From the IMG/VR virus record IMGVR_UViG_3300004807_000018, positions 1 to 64,000 of that record: 64,000 bases of DNA, one strand, 5' to 3'. Source of the stretch: a virus. This document shows, in pieces, positions 61,600 to 64,000 of this stretch. Below the pieces are notes generated by a model. It was not told where the DNA came from, searched no databases, and saw only the letters and a program-made list of their open reading frames with translations. How positions within the stretch are numbered: the first letter of the stretch is position 1; every line of letters begins with the position of its first letter. The translations under genes and the position numbers were made by a program.

Positions 61600-64000
61600 G
61601 CTGCGACTGCCTCCGCATCGAGCCCGAACGCTTTGGCGAGCGCGTCGTAAATTGCCTCAGATGGTCTTGCCATCATGTGGGCACAGTTGGCGCGGATCAT
61701 CGCCCGAGCTGGCCACGGGCTGACCGAGTTGCCGCACATGTGGACCTGCTCTGTCGCAGTCAGCTTTCGGCCGTCAGCACCGCGGTCAATCACGTAAGTG
61801 TCTGGGAACCCCTGGCAGCGGAAAAGCTCGCGAGGCGTGAGCATTCGCATGCGGATGTCACTCACGACGTACCTAGTCCAGCCGATCCACTTCTCGACAA
61901 ACTGGCCTTTTGTGGATCCCGGGAACCACTTTTCCAGCAGAGCAGCGACGAGGGCAGCCTTACCGTTTCCGGTGCCCGTAATCGTGGGTGACGGTAACTG
62001 GAGCGAGGCCCCGACCGAATTGCCGAAGTCACGCTGCATGAACGCACATGTCACGTTGTGCCGGGCACCATCCGCCACGATGGTGTGAAGGGGATCTTTC
62101 CCTGATGAACATGGGTTCCAGCCCGTGTTGTTGTGATGGAAGTAGACGCCAGCAAGCATCTGCTGAGATCCAGTCGTCAGAGTGCTCGATGGATCGTGCG
62201 CCAGGGCCCCTTGATGCCCTCGGCTCTCTGTCAGGATCGTGCCGAGCGGATCACGCAAGGATCGACCTTTGGCACTGTAGAAGCCACCAAAAGCGTGGTC
62301 TAGCCAGACTCCAACCACGGAATGGTTGGCCCCCTTGCCCGTGATCGTCGAAACCGGCGCTCCAAGGTGCTTGCCGTTGCCTGAATTGTCGATCGCATAC
62401 CCGCCGACGTTCGTCGCGAGGAACGATGCGACCACAGATGCATGGTCCCTCGTCGTGACTGTGGGCAATGGTCGGTCAATCCGCGCCGCTTGGGGAGTGC
62501 CATAGTACAAATCAAGGCTCATCGCCGTCAGGGCAAACCTATTCTCTGTGCTTTGGGTCCTCAGAGGCTCGCCGATCTCGCATGATCGAGGAGCGCCACC
62601 GTAGTACTGCGAAAGAAACGCTGAGGCGAGCCCTCCGCCATTGCCATCGCAGACCACCGCAGGATACGGATCACCGATCGAGCGCGTCCGCATCGCTTGC
62701 CCAGGCCTTTCCCCGTATCGAGGAATGAACCAGGACATCGACAGGGCAAGATCGTTCGATCCCGTGACCGAAGCCAGTGGACGAGCGACTTCCTTGCTTC
62801 CGTGCCCCCACCTCTTCGATCGGGCTCCGCCCTCTGAGTGAGCGGTATGGACAAAACAAGGGGACGCGATAACCGTGTCAGCCTTAGCCGTGATCGTCGC
62901 AAATGGTTCCTCAAGAGAACGTTCGGGCGACTGCCCAGCCCGCCCGCCGCAGCCCGCTGTGTAAGAGGCAGAAGCCACCGCAAAGCCATTACTCGTGGTG
63001 ACAGTGCGCAGCGGATCCGAAACGCTCCAATGGTTTGGATCTCTGCCCGTGGTCTTCGAGTTGGCCACGTTCGCGATGATCGGAGAAGCGACCGCGATTT
63101 CACCGCGGTGAGCGGAGGTGATTGTGGGGAACGGCTCGTGAGTCGCTGGGCAACGGCGCGAACCCTGATGAGTGATCGGAACAAAGAATGGAGATGCAGA
63201 TTCGAGAACGTGAATCTTTAGCCCTCGAGCTAGGCGTCCGAACGTGTTGTCAGCCAAAGGCCTGATCGGGCACTGTTTGCCGTGCTCTTTCGCCCATGCT
63301 TTCGCCTCGTCCTTCGTGGCAAACACGGAGCACATCGGGAGCGACCAGTCGATGCACTCGGCTGCAGTCCGCCAAGGCTTGAGCGCTCCGCTACGTACGG
63401 CCGCAGACTTCGGATCTCCGTGTGTGGGTTCGGGCCAAACGATCTGCTCCCCATCGCAGCGAGCGATGCAGAACCAGCGCTTTCGGATGGTTGGAGCGCC
63501 ATAGTCACAGGCCCTGAGTTCGCGCCACTCAACCTTGTATCCTTCCTGGCGCAGAGAGCGAACGAACTTCTTAAAGGTTCTGCCCGCCCGCCCCTTATGA
63601 GGTCTAAGGTTGCCGTCCTTTCCACGAAGAGGGCCCCACTTCACGATTTCCTCGACGTTTTCCATCATGATTACGCGAGGCTTGACCGTTGCGGCCCACC
63701 ACTTGACAACCCAAGCGAGCGAACGCCGACGCCTCAAGTTGTCTCGAATAGGCTTTCCGCCACGGGCTTTTGAGAAAAACGTGCAATCGGGGCTCGCCCA
63801 CAATAAGCCCACAGGACGCCCGCCGCTGGCTTCTCTTGGGCTCACCTCAAACACGTCAGCCTTGTAGTGCTCCGTGAGTGGATGGTTGGCCTGGTGCATC
63901 GCGACGGCAGACGCGTCGTGATTGACAGCTACGTCTACGGGCTGGCCAGTGGCCATTTCATAGGCCAAGCTCGACCCTCCGCCACCCGCGAAGAGCACCA
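61596..64000 (-). CDS. C5-cytosine DNA methyltransferase with repeat-expanded variable region (5' end at or beyond the window edge)
   Basis: LFAGGGG, SPDC, ENVEE, YGAPTIRKR, RMLTPREL..QGFP, GNSV. Confidence 0.93.
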   Translation of the reverse strand, partial: VLFAGGGGSSLAYEMATGQPVDVAVNHDASAVAMHQANHPLTEHYKADVFEVSPREASGGRPVGLLWASPDCTFFSKARGGKPIRDNLRRRRSLAWVVKWWAATVKPRVIMMENVEEIVKWGPLRGKDGNLRPHKGRAGRTFKKFVRSLRQEGYKVEWRELRACDYGAPTIRKRWFCIARCDGEQIVWPEPTHGDPKSAAVRSGALKPWRTAAECIDWSLPMCSVFATKDEAKAWAKEHGKQCPIRPLADNTFGRLARGLKIHVLESASPFFVPITHQGSRRCPATHEPFPTITSAHRGEIAVASPIIANVANSKTTGRDPNHWSVSDPLRTVTTSNGFAVASASYTAGCGGRAGQSPERSLEEPFATITAKADTVIASPCFVHTAHSEGGARSKRWGHGSKEVARPLASVTGSNDLALSMSWFIPRYGERPGQAMRTRSIGDPYPAVVCDGNGGGLASAFLSQYYGGAPRSCEIGEPLRTQSTENRFALTAMSLDLYYGTPQAARIDRPLPTVTTRDHASVVASFLATNVGGYAIDNSGNGKHLGAPVSTITGKGANHSVVGVWLDHAFGGFYSAKGRSLRDPLGTILTESRGHQGALAHDPSSTLTTGSQQMLAGVYFHHNNTGWNPCSSGKDPLHTIVADGARHNVTCAFMQRDFGNSVGASLQLPSPTITGTGNGKAALVAALLEKWFPGSTKGQFVEKWIGWTRYVVSDIRMRMLTPRELFRCQGFPDTYVIDRGADGRKLTATEQVHMCGNSVSPWPARAMIRANCAHMMARPSEAIYDALAKAFGLDAEAVAA

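Noticed and set aside
58510-64000. Restriction-modification or BREX/DISARM defence locus
   Set aside because: No endonuclease, PglZ, BrxC or Drm genes adjacent; the context is a phage replication operon.
1-64000. Alternative genetic code
   Set aside because: Core genes are full length under the standard code and all three stop codons are used as terminators.

Overview
The whole window is a tailed dsDNA phage or prophage segment (HK97-type head, siphovirus-like non-contractile tail, GC-rich). No host housekeeping genes, integrase or CI-type repressor are visible. Layout: (1) 366-7559 (+): a self-contained accessory operon with a Cys/His N-terminal protein, SNF2-like helicase, GNAT, IbrA/YbdN-type PAPS-reductase-family protein, a second GNAT, IbrB/YbdM-type ParB/Srx protein and an RHH regulator. 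(2) 7662-47433 (-): the late region, read from a tRNA(CAT) through a frameshifted DUF1906-type lysin, small membrane proteins, a DNase II, a metallopeptidase, terminase, portal, a degenerate ferritin, prohead protease, major capsid, connector and tail genes (with a -1 frameshifted chaperone), tape measure and minor tail genes, two signal-peptide proteins, a metallophosphoesterase and a DUF6378-like gene. A 4.5 kb island (20.8-25.4 kb) interrupts the tail genes. It carries a BRO/DinD-KilAC antirepressor, two paralogous unknown genes and an array of palindromic antirepressor-derived segments. (3) 47691-52609 (+): small hypothetical genes. (4) 52629-64000 (-): DnaB, a replication initiator with iteron-like repeats, a RusA-like gene and four tandem DNA methyltransferase genes. 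Best candidates for new biology: the antirepressor hairpin-cassette array, the SNF2/GNAT/IbrAB module, the phage-borne DNase II and the degenerate ferritin in the head operon. All family assignments come from reading motifs by eye; no database searches were run.
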